A stretch of DNA of 64,000 bases from Vermamoeba vermiformis (taxonomy: Eukaryota), in contig JBEWZL010000123.1 of NCBI GenBank assembly GCA_045837725.1, positions 124,001 to 188,000 on the forward strand, written 5' to 3'. Below, one piece after another: positions 48,401 through 60,673 of the stretch. The notes under the pieces are model-generated. The model was not told the DNA's origin, ran no database searches, and worked only from the letters and a program-made list of their open reading frames with translations. A program made the translations under genes and the position numbers. Each line of letters starts with the position of its first letter. Position 1 is the stretch's first letter.

Positions 48401-49469
48401 ATGCTCAGCAATCTATACCGACAGCTGTCTCACAGAGGTCTGCGGCAGATTGGATCGAACCTTGCTTGCTCCGCGCGTCCCTCATTTTTATTTGCACAAA
48501 AAAATTCTAAAATTAATAGCTCACGAAGCTATGCTAACAAGCGCTCGAAAGCAATGAGCGGCATCCAAGAGAAAAAAATGGGCGAACTACACAGCATCCT
48601 CTTTCAACAAGAATTATATCGTCAAACTACGCAAGAAAAGAAGTGGTACAATTTTATATTCAAAGGATTGATGAATAAGAAGTCAGTAATGAATTTAAAT
48701 GCCCAAGCTTTGATGATCCACATTACAAAACAAGTTGAGGCGATGAGCTGGGAATGTAAGACCAAAATTTCAAATGCAAATATCATTGTTGTAATTAATC
48801 TGATCGTCCTCCTTTATTAGCGCTGGATCTGCCAGACACATTCAACACCTGGTTTCAATTGATGGTGCTGCACATTTGGATGATTGTCGTGCGATGTCGT
48901 TCATTGGCTATTGAAGACCCTCGAGGTGTCACTCTGTTAGAAACACAATTGGCCTCGCTCTTTTGGGAGGAAGTCGAACAAGAGATTATGCTCATTGGTG
49001 TACGTGCTGCCTAACTGTTCGCACTGACGTACTAACACTCGCGTAGGAAACCTCAAATCCGCTGATCGTTGGCAAGAACAGAAACTTAATGCTTAAGTAT
49101 TACATGGGTGCACTCGTGGCATACGACGAAAGCATTCTTGATGGCGATGCAATCTTAGCTGACGCAATTTGGAGGTACTGTACTGCTTAAAGCACGTGTA
49201 GACCTCGATGAAATCTGACAATTATTCGTAGAAATGTGTTTGGTCAAGATCGCGACATTTCATCGCTAGAAAATGTTTACAAACTCGTCGAGTACGTGCG
49301 ACGCGAGGCACATAACTTGGAGACAAATACACAACCGCTGTTAGAGAAAGGATTTGTTGCTTGGGGACCACCACCTATCTTCAGTACGAAGAAGATGGAC
49401 CCGAACACTGTGGAATCAAGCGGTGAAAAAGTCGAACAAGCAATTGAAAAGACCACTCCTGCTATTTGA
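48401..49469 (+). CDS. UQCC1: Ubiquinol-cytochrome c chaperone (Cbp3/UQCC1)
   Basis: Mitochondrial-type presequence, LPDTFNTWFQLMVLHIWMIVVR, GALVAYDESILDGDAILADAIWRNVF, LVEYVRRE. Confidence 0.9.
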
Positions 49470-49523
49470 GTGCATACATTGTGAATAAACGGATATCCAT
49501 GCCAATTGTTACATAACACATTT

Positions 49524-51536
49524 TTATTTTCTAATGCTGCTCTTTAGCTCGAGATATTTAGAAAAGTACTCGGTAGATCTGTTCATGTGATACCACAGCA
49601 GGTTGCCAATGACATCTGTCTCACGTCTCTTTGGGCTCTCGCGCATAGTTTTTTCAACAAAAGACAGGAGTTTTGGCTAGAAAGTCATGATTAATGACGT
49701 GCAAAAGAAACAAAATTGACTTTGATAATACCTCATTGACACTTCGCGAGTACATATTATTCACCAGCTCTATTCCTCGAAGACTCAAGTTTTGTCTCAA
49801 TTGAGTGTCGTTGTACAGTTGGGCAGCAGCATTGACAAGTCTGCTTGCACGTTAATACAAACTATATATTAAACAATCTTACTCTTCGTCAGTGTCACCA
49901 ACCAATCCTCCAAATCCCTTGCCATCATCCATGCCCTCAGCTCCTGTTAATTTGGTTAGTATTCATATGATATTGTCTTTATTATCGTACCAACGCTGGT
50001 CGTGACGCAGGGTACACTGGCAGCCCAGCCATCAACAATTTTAGTTTTTACACCCGCACCAAACCTCAGCGGGGCAAAATTAACAGCATAGTGAGCCAGT
50101 CTTATAGTATTAAGGTTAGTACTTATAGATCTACGAAAGGCTTAGCCGTACTTGTGCATTTGATCTTCTTTCAGGAATCCTTTAACGATGAAGCATTTTT
50201 TTACATTTGTCATGTGCATGACATCTTGAGGTGGGTATGCGCCTATTGGATCGCATTATACATCTGTACCTCACATATATGACAAGTCTTACCATAGATA
50301 TGCAGCTCAGCTTTCGGGATTTTTGCGCGGATTTTAGGCCAGAGTTTGCAAACCCACTAAACAACAGGTAAGTGTCAACGCGCCAAATATGGGCACGTGC
50401 TCGCGTACCTTGAACGAGTCCAAATTCGGCGGATGTCTGAAGTTACCAATCATGAAAAAGTGTTCAATTTTCTTCGATTGAAGTTGCACTTTTGGATAGA
50501 AGAACGGTGCGAGACATACCTGATTTGATTAGTAAAAGTAGTATAAATAGGTGGCCAGAGGGACCTACTTTTTCTTCTACAAATTGTTTGCCCAATATCT
50601 TTTCTAATCGTTGAGCTTCAGCTGATGAAACTAAGATGGTGCCATCGGATCTATACAGCGAGGCTATTTCACGCAAAAACATTCCTTCAGGAGAGTTACT
50701 TTCAGCGTTAATGTTTCCAAGCACGGGATTATCTATATCAGCAATATCTTTGATTGCCATGCCTAGTCGAATGAGTTAGCGACGCTTTACGAGGGCTAGT
50801 CAGTATCTTGCCTTTAGCGCTTGCTTCTTGCCTCAAAACTCGCATATAGTGTAGGTCTTGAGTGTCTACAATATGTGTAGCCTTGGGAAGTACTTTCTTC
50901 ACTCTCCAACTAAACTGCATTGCGTTAGAGTTACAGATCGGGATCTTGATTGCTTACTTGTTCTTCCATAACGAATCGGTCGTATATAACTAGCTCTATT
51001 GCAATGTGCATGTTAGATCATCGCGTTAATAAAGGGAATTGCCGCACCTGGTTTCGTTTGCTGCAAGTAAGTGTCAAATTCGCTGCTGTTTGGCTCGCAT
51101 TGTCTGGTGGGCACTAATTCGCTCAATAGTGTTTTGTATTCATTTGGTTTTGAGGGTGATACACATTCGATGTCGTACCCGTTCTCTAAAAGGACTTGGA
51201 TCAGCGATCCCGTTCGCAGACCTCCACCCGAGGCATTTTTCTGCAGATATTTTTAGCATAAGGGCAATATATAATATATTGCAGTGGATAATAGCAAATT
51301 GCATAAGTAATTAGTTGAAATTAAACAAAAATATTATTTGAGATCTGTCATACCTGCGGCCACACTGTTGAGATTAACAAAGTCTTTGGTCCTTTCTAAA
51401 ATTCATTAATAATTGACGTATTAATAATTGTCACTACCTTTTTGGTGGCGGTTGAAAGAGATCGGGATGCGATCCCACCATTGAACGCTTGTGCTCGGCG
51501 TGTACACCTTACGAAACACTTGCCAATGTGTTGCAT
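49524..51536 (-). CDS. Bacterial-type GT-B (family 4-like) glycosyltransferase with many introns and a presequence-like N-terminus
   Basis: Spliced motifs TVWPQ..SGGGLR, IYDRFVMEEQFSWRV, DTQDLHYMR, EIASLYRSD, IGNFRHPPN, APLRFGAGVKTKIVDGW, TTSVGAEG, and LWYHMNRSTEYFSKYLELK. Confidence 0.8.
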
Positions 51537-51587
51537 GTTTCAAAGTAATACTAATTATGCCAAAGCAACCGTTTTGCTTTAAACAGT

Positions 51588-54500
51588 TTATTTACGTTCG
51601 CGCTCAGGTTTCATGAGTTCTAATTCAGTGGGCTTGACTTGACGACTCAAACACAACACCAAGAACAGCATCACGAATGATAGGCACAGCGTGACACCAA
51701 TGAGCGGCCAGAATGACCAATTTACAGGCAGATCTTCGTTGTTCATGCCAAACAGACCTGAGACTATAACTACGGGCAGCGTGAAACTACTAACAGCTGC
51801 AATCATGCGTTCAAATCGAGCTTGGTGCTGGTGAAGAAGGAATCAGTATTTGACTCGATAACAAGGTCAAAGTTACTTACGATCAGATGCGCTTGTTCAG
51901 TCAGCTTTCGACGCTGATCTTCGCGATCACGATGATTGCGCTCAATATTGCGTAACTTGCGCTGCTCTTCCAAGTAGTTAGACTCGACTAGGGCCATGAC
52001 TTCTTGAATCTCTTCTCGCAATTCACTTCGCTGTGACTTGATGGAGAAGATCTAGTGCGACACTATTAGACACATTCACTGCATTAAGGCAAGTCTGGCA
52101 CTTACATCACGCATTGCTGTGAAGAATTCGACGTATTCGGAGAGACCTCCGCAGTCATCAGATGACATTTGCAGCGTGTAACGTGTCATGAGAGTGGCCA
52201 GTTCAATCAGTTGTTTACGATAGCGTGACATTTCTTGCAATGACGCGTGTGTCACTTGACGCAACAACTGACCCGAGGCAGCGGACAAGTTGGACAGCTC
52301 TAGCAACACGGACTTTTCGCCGTGCACGTGCAGCGCTAACATCAAGTAGATGCCCAAGAACTTCTTGTGCCACTGTTCGACTTCAAATTTGTTGCTGTAC
52401 TCACTCGGCCACGATAGTGACACGGTACCCACACGTGACAGGGCGATGTATCGGTTCTGACGCTGAATCAGCACGCGATCAATGATGCCTTGTTCAATCA
52501 AGCTCTGCGGTCGATTTCTTTGACCGTAAGCACGACGCAAATGGAACAAATACTCGTTGATTTGTTCTTGTTTGGGCTCACGATCAATGACGATCACGGA
52601 GTGGTGATAGGCTCGCTTTTGATAGCGACTCAATCTCTACAATTATTGTTAGTATAACGAGCTATCTATGACACGTTGAGCAATGACTTGCCTTTGGCGG
52701 GTCCTCTGGATCTTCGCGACGACCGCACAACAACCAGTTACCGAGTGCCCTGAGTGACAACATGCGACCTTCGTAGCTGTCGAGTGAACAGTTAGCACAA
52801 CCATCAATATTAATAACGCTTGTTACGTACATTGACCCAATCAATTTGCGACCAAGTGATCTGTAGTGTGCGTCGGAATATTCCATGTTACTCCAACTGA
52901 GATTAAGTTAGTAAAATCATTATTCTCAATAAGTCACTTCACTTACGCCTCGTTGTGCAAGTTCCAGCCAGAGAACACGCCAGGCACTTTGTACGTGAAT
53001 TTCGACAAGAACAACCACGTGCGCAGCTCGTCGACTGTCATCTTCTGACCGTTGTGCAGCCAGTTGATGTGGAACATGAGAATCGCTGTGCCGAGTGGAA
53101 AGACCCAAATGTCGACATTAGTGACTTCAATGTGACAGCTCACGTTGTCATCGCTTTCAGTCGTGTCTGATCGCATGCTGGGCGCTTTTTTTACTGACGG
53201 TGGCTGGGCGATGTTGAAGCCATTAGGATTGGGTGCAGTACGGGCATTAGCATTCGCTTCTTGCTCGTCATCAGAAGACTTTTTGCTGTCAGTGTTGGTG
53301 TTGTTCGTTTGCGGCACACCGACTGGCGAGTCCTCGTGATAAATGGCGCACAGTTTGGTCTGGGAAAAGAGCAAGTTCCTGGCTTCAGGTGTCAGTTCCA
53401 ATCGTTGACACGTGTCAGTGATGGCATCGTCCACGTCGTCTTCTTGCTCGTCCCACTCTGGCTCTTGCAGCAGCACGTCGCCCTTGGTCGTGTTGATGCC
53501 GCCCACCAGTCCTGAGCCGTGACTGCGCGCCCTCTCTAACTTCACTCTCGGCTTGTCTTTTTGCTGCAACATTGCGTCAATAAGACAAGAGTATTATTGC
53601 CTAATTAGGAAATTACTCACCTTCATTTTAACGCTCTCAAAATAATCTTCCATAATATTTACAACTTTGAACTCTGGTGCATCCCAGCTTTCATCTTTCC
53701 AACCGACTAATCGTCTAAAACTAGGATCCTAATCATGGATGTTACTGACTGCTATCAACATTGTCATTCATAATTTCGTACCAGATCTCCTGCTTCAAAT
53801 GGCAATTTGTCGGTTGTTTTCCACAAATAAATTTCTTCATCTTTGGCGCTGACGACTTTTCTTTCTAACAGATGCCTAACCCAATTCTTAATATCTGCAT
53901 TGAGAGGGCTCGACCACTAAAATTGAAATGTTAGATCGGGCTGAGATCTGGACTTGCGCCATACCTTAAAAGGCAATAATAATGTAGTTCTTGAGACTAA
54001 GCAATCAAAATCTTCGTGGTCATCGTGGTGTGTTTGAGTCTCATCTGCGGACGGCTATAAAACAATAAGAGCGTTAAATAGAAATTTCGGGTGGAAGTTT
54101 CAGATCTTCTGACCTCTTCTTCGCCCTTGTAAAATCCAATACTAAAGCTAGGCTCTTGGTCCAAACTTTCTGCCAATCTTGGGAACCTTCTTTTAGAGGG
54201 AGAACCGAATCTACGAAAAGAGCGCCTGGATGAGAGTTCAGAATTAGTTTCAGCAAAAGACATTGCTTCATAATGCAATATCATTACTTTAAATCGATGA
54301 AATCACCCTCAGTCTCATCCTCCGAACCAGGCGCGGGCTGCAAACATTAATATTATTGAAATCCAGTCAGATCCACGAAGTGAATTGCCACAACAGTATG
54401 AGGGTAGTAATTACAGTTATGAATGTTGCAAGTAACAATATTATGTTTATATTTAATTGTTTTTATATAATAAAAATAAAATTGAATTAATTATTTGATT

Positions 54501-54737
54501 TATTCAATAATTGGCGTAGATCAATCGAATAATTCTGACACATACCCCTCTGTCGCGTCTCGTGTATTTATATGGGAGTTCGCGGTCTTTAGGAGTCTTT
54601 GGAGTATAAGCAGTTTTCTTTTTGCCCGAAACTGGGACAGATCCGGGCGTGCTGAACGTTTTATTGTGATTGTAAGGACGTCGGGGCGTCGAAACGTCGT
54701 CGTAGTCGCTTAATAATCCTCGTTTTTCCTTGTCCAT
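51588..54737 (-). CDS. Large protein with a C-terminal CorA/Mrs2-like two-TM module (GMN motif)
   Basis: C-terminus VSSFTLPVVIVSGLFGMNNEDLP..WPLIGVTL is preceded by coiled/helical segments. Upstream exons were joined by eye and the 5' structure is uncertain. Confidence 0.6.
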
Positions 54738-54962
54738 AATGTGGTTATATATTACAACATAATTCGCTCGTGTGCTATTGCACTCAAATAACTTTTAAAA
54801 CTGGATCTGTAATTACTTTATTCCGATTACTCAAATGGAGTCGATTCGAAAAGGTAAGTATTTATACGACAAATAACACTATATACAAGATTAGTTTCGG
54901 GTTCACAAAAAGCGATTCGTCAAACAGATGCAGATTTAGCTAAATCGTTGCATCCAGTCTCA

Positions 54963-55970
54963 TTATTTAGAACTCGACTGCGCACTCGATTCATGATTCG
55001 AGGCATTGTCATCCTCGCTAGAACTCTGACTGCTGCTCTCACTGCTCTCGCTGCTGTCTTCTGCGCTCTCTTCGTCCTCGCTGCTCTCCTCTGAGCTGGC
55101 GGGGGCAGCAGATGCGCTCTTTTCACTCGCTGATTTGCTGCTCGATGACGAGACACTACTGCCAGCACTGCTATCGTTATCATTATGATTGCCATCGACT
55201 TCAACAGGCTCTTTTTTGATCTCTGTCATCGGTACGTCTTTGTTCGTGTTGTGACCTCTCGCACTAGTCTTAGTACTATTATTGTTATTATTAGCGCTGT
55301 TGTTGTTCGCATTGTTGGCGGCATTGTTGGTGCTCGTAGCGCCCTTCTTCTTGTCTTTCTTCTTGCGCAGTCGGGAGTACAAGATCAACGCGATAATAAC
55401 TGCGACAATCGCAGCAATGAAGCATACGGCAATAATAAGACCTTCATTCTGACTCAAGCCACTGTTTGCAACAAAGGTAAGCACGCGACAGTAAATCCGA
55501 CATTGAATTTTAATATGATTTTTTGAATAATTACGTAAATAATAAAATAATGATTACAATATTATTAAAACTATTATATATCGTTTAATAATTACTTACA
55601 CGCAAGATCCATTTTGGCAGTGCATAGTTTCACCGTAAATTGTACATTCGCTATCAGCGGCGCACGCGCGGCAAGCACCAGTATCATTAGAGCAAATAGG
55701 AGTGGCTGGATACAGCTGACCACACTCAGTAGCGTAGTCACCGGTGCTAATACACGGATAGCAACCTCCAGAACTACAAATGGGACTATTTGGACTTCTA
55801 GCCAAGCACTCTGCAGGCGCTGATTCATTACAGGTACCACAAGTACCATTGCGACATAAAGGAGCTGCTACAGGGTCTGTGCATTGCTCATTCGTTGTGC
55901 AGCTCTGCCCCGAGATGTGGCTAACCGACGAGAGCACTAATATACAAAAAATAAATAATATACTTCGCAT
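54963..55970 (-). CDS. Small type-I membrane protein: signal peptide, Cys-rich repeats, TM helix, Asn/Ser/Glu-rich tail
   Basis: MRSILFIFCILVLSS, three CxxC..EC..PIC..C units, LIIAVCFIAAIVAVIIALILY followed by RLRKKKDKKK. One intron. Confidence 0.75.
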
Positions 55971-56156
55971 TTGCGAATATGCAACACTTGTGTGCTCTGT
56001 TAGGTTGCTTGTTGCGATAATGAACAAAGGCCGCGAACAAAAAAATCCTCGCAACCGTTCAGTGAACCATTCGAGTTTGAAACATTAATGAACAATGCAT
56101 CTGTAGGGCACCCAATGCTGCGCTATTTATAGAACCATCGACTAATAACACGAAGG

Positions 56157-59100
56157 ATGGGTGATCCCTTTGTTAAAGCGGACTGGAAGCTGTCCAAGTT
56201 CGGATCTATCGGCCAGTACATTGAACACCTCTTAAATAATTATTCAAAAATGGCCCCTGCTGCACTTGAATGTATCTTTTAATGATATAATAGTCATACC
56301 TCAATTACTAATTTTGTTGATTTTATTTTTTTTGGCTGGATCTTTCCTTGACACTTGCTGCAGATGCTTTCACAAAAATACTCAAAACAGACGTGCTTTC
56401 GCGTTCGATACAAGATGAAGCGCGAATTAAATTGACAGAACTCCTTGGTGCCCTTGATGTGCCTCAGATCGGACGACTTTTGTCTTCGCGCACTCTTGAC
56501 AACTATCCCTGCGATGTGTAAGGGCAACTCGTAGCACCATATTAAGCCCATTAACACTTATTTTAGGTTTATGAAGACTCGTCTATTCGTGGAATTAATG
56601 AGCAATTTGCGCAGCAAAAAGAATGGTAGTTCAGTGATCAAAGTTCTGACGCCTGTCAAGACATTAATGCTCTTTGACAGCATTGAAAATTCATTGCCTG
56701 GTACGCAGCCGAGTCCTTGAGTACATTAATACTAATCCTATCCTTAGAAAAAGAAGGCTTCGTGACAGCAATAGTCAACAAGTTGACTGCACGCCAAATC
56801 AACGAGCTGTTCTGCTTCACCATGCACAAACACAGCGAGCAGTACATGGCGCAGTTCAATCAAATGTACGCGCTGTTTGAAGGACGACGGAGCGGTGAGC
56901 TGATGGAGTTCCGACAACACAAGCTGATTGACAGGCTGTTCATGAATGCCACTTCACTGAACACGTGGCGCACTGAGTTTACATTTGACATTATTCTACA
57001 GGAGCGTAAGTCATATATGAGCCTCTATTGCGAAGAAAATCCGTCTAAGAACTGGCGAGGTATGATTTCAAATCATCAAACGCAAAGACTAATAGTGCCG
57101 TCAGAGAGTGGTGTGTATGGCACTCGCTTCGCGTTTGTGTTTGATCTGTTGCAAAGCAGTGCTCCTGAAGGTCGACACTTAGTGCTCGAGAAGTTGTTCA
57201 AGCTGTTATTTGCTGATGAACATCGCGCACTCTTGTCACAGTTCACGGTGTTAGTGCTCAACAACGAACACGAACGAGAGCTGTTTGTCGAAGCACTGAT
57301 TCAACTTGACGCCAAGTACGACAGCAATGCCAAGGAGAGTGATCAGGTGAGCTTTGGTGTCGACACAATAATGTTCTTACTAACCTAGTGAATGGTGCAG
57401 AATGATCTCTTTGACATCGATCAGTCACTTATTGCTGCGTGTCCGATAGATAAATTCATTCAAGTGCTGCAAGAGCTCGCCGATCAGTTGAAGCGCAAGA
57501 CGTCAGACAAAGAGCTCGATTTGAATACGCTCAATCACACCTTCAAAGCCAAAGAACTCATCTCCGCATTGAAGAGACAGAGTTTTGTTCTAACTGTCAA
57601 ACAACAACTCGATGCAGCAGCGAACAGCAAGTACATCAAATCAATGCTCACACAACACACGCACCACCGTCAAGGCATGGCACTCTACGTGAGTGAAGTG
57701 CTGAGTGATCGTGTGCTCGACGACTATCAAGAAATCATGTTGATCGATTCGAATGATGAGAACGAGGACGTCAAAGAGAACGAAGACTGATAGTCGAGAA
57801 GCGAAGAAAAATGAATGGATCGAATTGATCGCACAGCTGCCTTCTGACATTGTAAGTTTACATTTCAATAACACGCGCACTAACTAGACAACTGCAGTTG
57901 ACGCTACTCGTCGAGGAGTTGAAATCAATATTCTACTTGCAAGGTTCCACCGCACTAATAGCATTCCCAAGCTCAATCTCAAAGTTCATTCAGCACGTAG
58001 TTTTAGAGCTGCACAAGCGAGGAGATTTGGCCAATTTTGTGGCTCAGAACTCGGGCTGGCTGGCAATGCTCGCTGCCAATCTTAACAAGAACAAGACATC
58101 GCAAGACAAGTTCACCAATCGCGTCATATCGGCACTGCTACCATACCCTTCGATTGTCAATCGGTTGATCGGACAAGTGTTTGATAACACCAACGAGGAG
58201 CCAAGCACACTCAAACACAGTCAAACTATTGACAAGTCACTAGACCCAGTCACTGCACAGTTCTTAGTGCACCTCTCAAAGACCAATCAGAACAAAGAGC
58301 GTGTGAAGAGCTTGATGAAAGTGCTGACTGACTCGCAATCGAGCGTTGATTCAGAGGTAAGTGCAAACAATGCTCTATGTAACTTATCTTAATTGAATGC
58401 AGCTGATCGACGTGCTTATGGACACTTTGCGACATATTGCAGAGAGTTCGTTGACCTCCAGCAGTGCTGCACGAGTCACTGAAAGCGAGTTACAGACAAT
58501 CACAGCGATATTTCAGCTGCTGGAAAGAATACTCAATCGTTCCAATGGCGCAGATTTGTTGTTTGCTTGGAGGTACGTTGCATTAATAATCGTAGCAGTA
58601 ATAACTCACGCACTACAGTCCGAGTGATTTTAATGACACTGGTCACGAGGTGATATCACCTTTGTTTATGACTATATTTGGTAAGGCATATGTACAACAT
58701 CGCTGTTAGACTAATCCACGCCACAGATGAAGTTTTACTGCCGTTATGTCGCATGATTATTCACGTGGACTTGACGCAAGAAACGAAATTGCTCAAGCGT
58801 CAAATTGACACGTCATGCACAATAGTACAGTTCATGTCGCAGCTTATTGTACACTACAGCGGCGATTTTGGCACGAGTTGGTGCTTTTGGAAATATGTCA
58901 AACTACTACGCATGTTTAGTAAGTACTTGATTCCAAGGCCAACGGATTGTACTCATTCGTGCCACAGACAAAGCAATCGACGAGGTGCTAGTCTCATCCA
59001 CACAAGTGCAACAACACGCACAACAAGAGTTCGTCATTGACCCCCTCGTGCAGGCGATGCAGCTCTTCGTGACGAAGGTGTTATTGGCCGTCAGTGAGAC

Positions 59101-60331
59101 TGCCACTGATCACCCGTTCAGTGAAAAGTCACTCGCACAGGTCTTCGACCAGGGTCAATTGTACAAAGTGATTCGCGTCACGACCATTTTGCTCTCAACA
59201 ACGCTGCACTGTCTCACCGGCGCCGTGAACATCACTGAGGGTCTGGTGCCTTGTTTGTCAGCACTCAACAAACTGTTCTTGAAATACACGACCAATGACA
59301 GCTCGGACAAAATTACACGAGGCATGAAGCGTTTGGTCATTTTGTTGAAACAAATTCTGCTGCAATATGACCACAACAGCGATGTCGTCAGCGGCACAAT
59401 CAAAGCTCTCGTGACACTTACGAACAGCGGGTGCGTATTATTAGTAGAACAGAGTATTCAGACCTGTCATTGACACACCTTCGTAGCCCCGCACAAGCAG
59501 CGGTACTCAAAGAAGATCCCATTGAGCCCATGCTCCTGTTCATTAGCAACAGCTCGATCAAAGTCGACGACAAGCGCAAGTTGAACTCGTTCATTGCACT
59601 GAACGTCATTTGTTCGAACATCAAGAGCGAGTGCAGTAAGTACTAGCCAATCAACTCGTCACTTGTCATTAACACGAGTCAGTCCCTGAGCTCATGGCCC
59701 TCGTCAACAAACATCACATCACACGTACACTAGTGCTGAGCTGTGTGGTCGATGTCAAATCAATGACAGATGAAGACCACTCGCAATGCAGCGCTGCGTG
59801 TATTCAACGAGTCACTCGCTGTCATTCAATTGCTTGCCCTGCGAGACCCGAGCACGATTGAAAAAGTGTTTTACCCGCAGCACAAATTCTTGGAGCGAAT
59901 CATGTATGCCTCATCAGTCTTGTTGATCTAATCGATTGTTACTTAACTTCTCGTTTAGCACTAGTTTTGACAGCAAATTTTACTCGCAAATCGTGCAGAA
60001 CGTCGACTGCTTCAAGCGCCTTCAATTCGTGCTGCACCAGTTAGTGTCGCGCCACATCAACACGCTGGTGCACAAGAACATGACAGACCACAGGTACATT
60101 GTGCAAGTGCTCTACAACATCTTGAAGGCCTGCACTGCTGTCAACGAGGCTACGATGAAGTATATCATGGTCGTGTTGCATCCACTCAAGGGCTACGAAC
60201 AGTTCTTGCACTTCTTTCGCAATCTGCGCTTAGATGAGCCACTGACCACCATTCTCGAACAAAACAAAAACAACTTTTCACCGCGCCTCGTGCAGATGAT
60301 TGAAGAGGTGATTAAAGTCTGCAAGAAGTGA
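56157..60331 (+). CDS. Large uncharacterised alpha-helical (ARM/HEAT-like) protein; multi-exon
   Basis: Chain of Leu-rich ORF segments separated by GT-AG introns from MGDPFVKADW (56157) to EEVIKVCKK* (60331). No family recognised. Confidence 0.6.
56272..56363 (+). other. Probable U12-type GT-AG intron
   Basis: 5' end GTATCTTTT, branch TTTCCTTGAC ending 11 nt before the intron end. Splicing keeps the frame (ALE-Y-AFTK). Confidence 0.75.
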
Positions 60332-60673
60332 ACAATGCTTAGAACGCAAGAACATTTGATGTGCACATTAACGCCCTCTCGGAGAAAAGGAGATACATCA
60401 AAATCAAACTCGTGCTCTGATTGGCCTTGCACGGGAGTTTGATCCAGATCTGTTTTCGTCAAGACATTCGCGGGCAACAACCGATGCTAATGACGAGTTC
60501 TGAAGCTACTTACCGGATATAATACAATTCATGCATGCCTCTGTCCGGTGAAATTCCTCTTCGTATTAAAGTTATCAGCCTGAATCGGAAAAACGGCGAA
60601 TTTAATTCTACGTTGTTGCGGCTTAAATCACTTTCGAGGCCTCAGTTCGATCAATTCTCAGTGAATCAAAACA

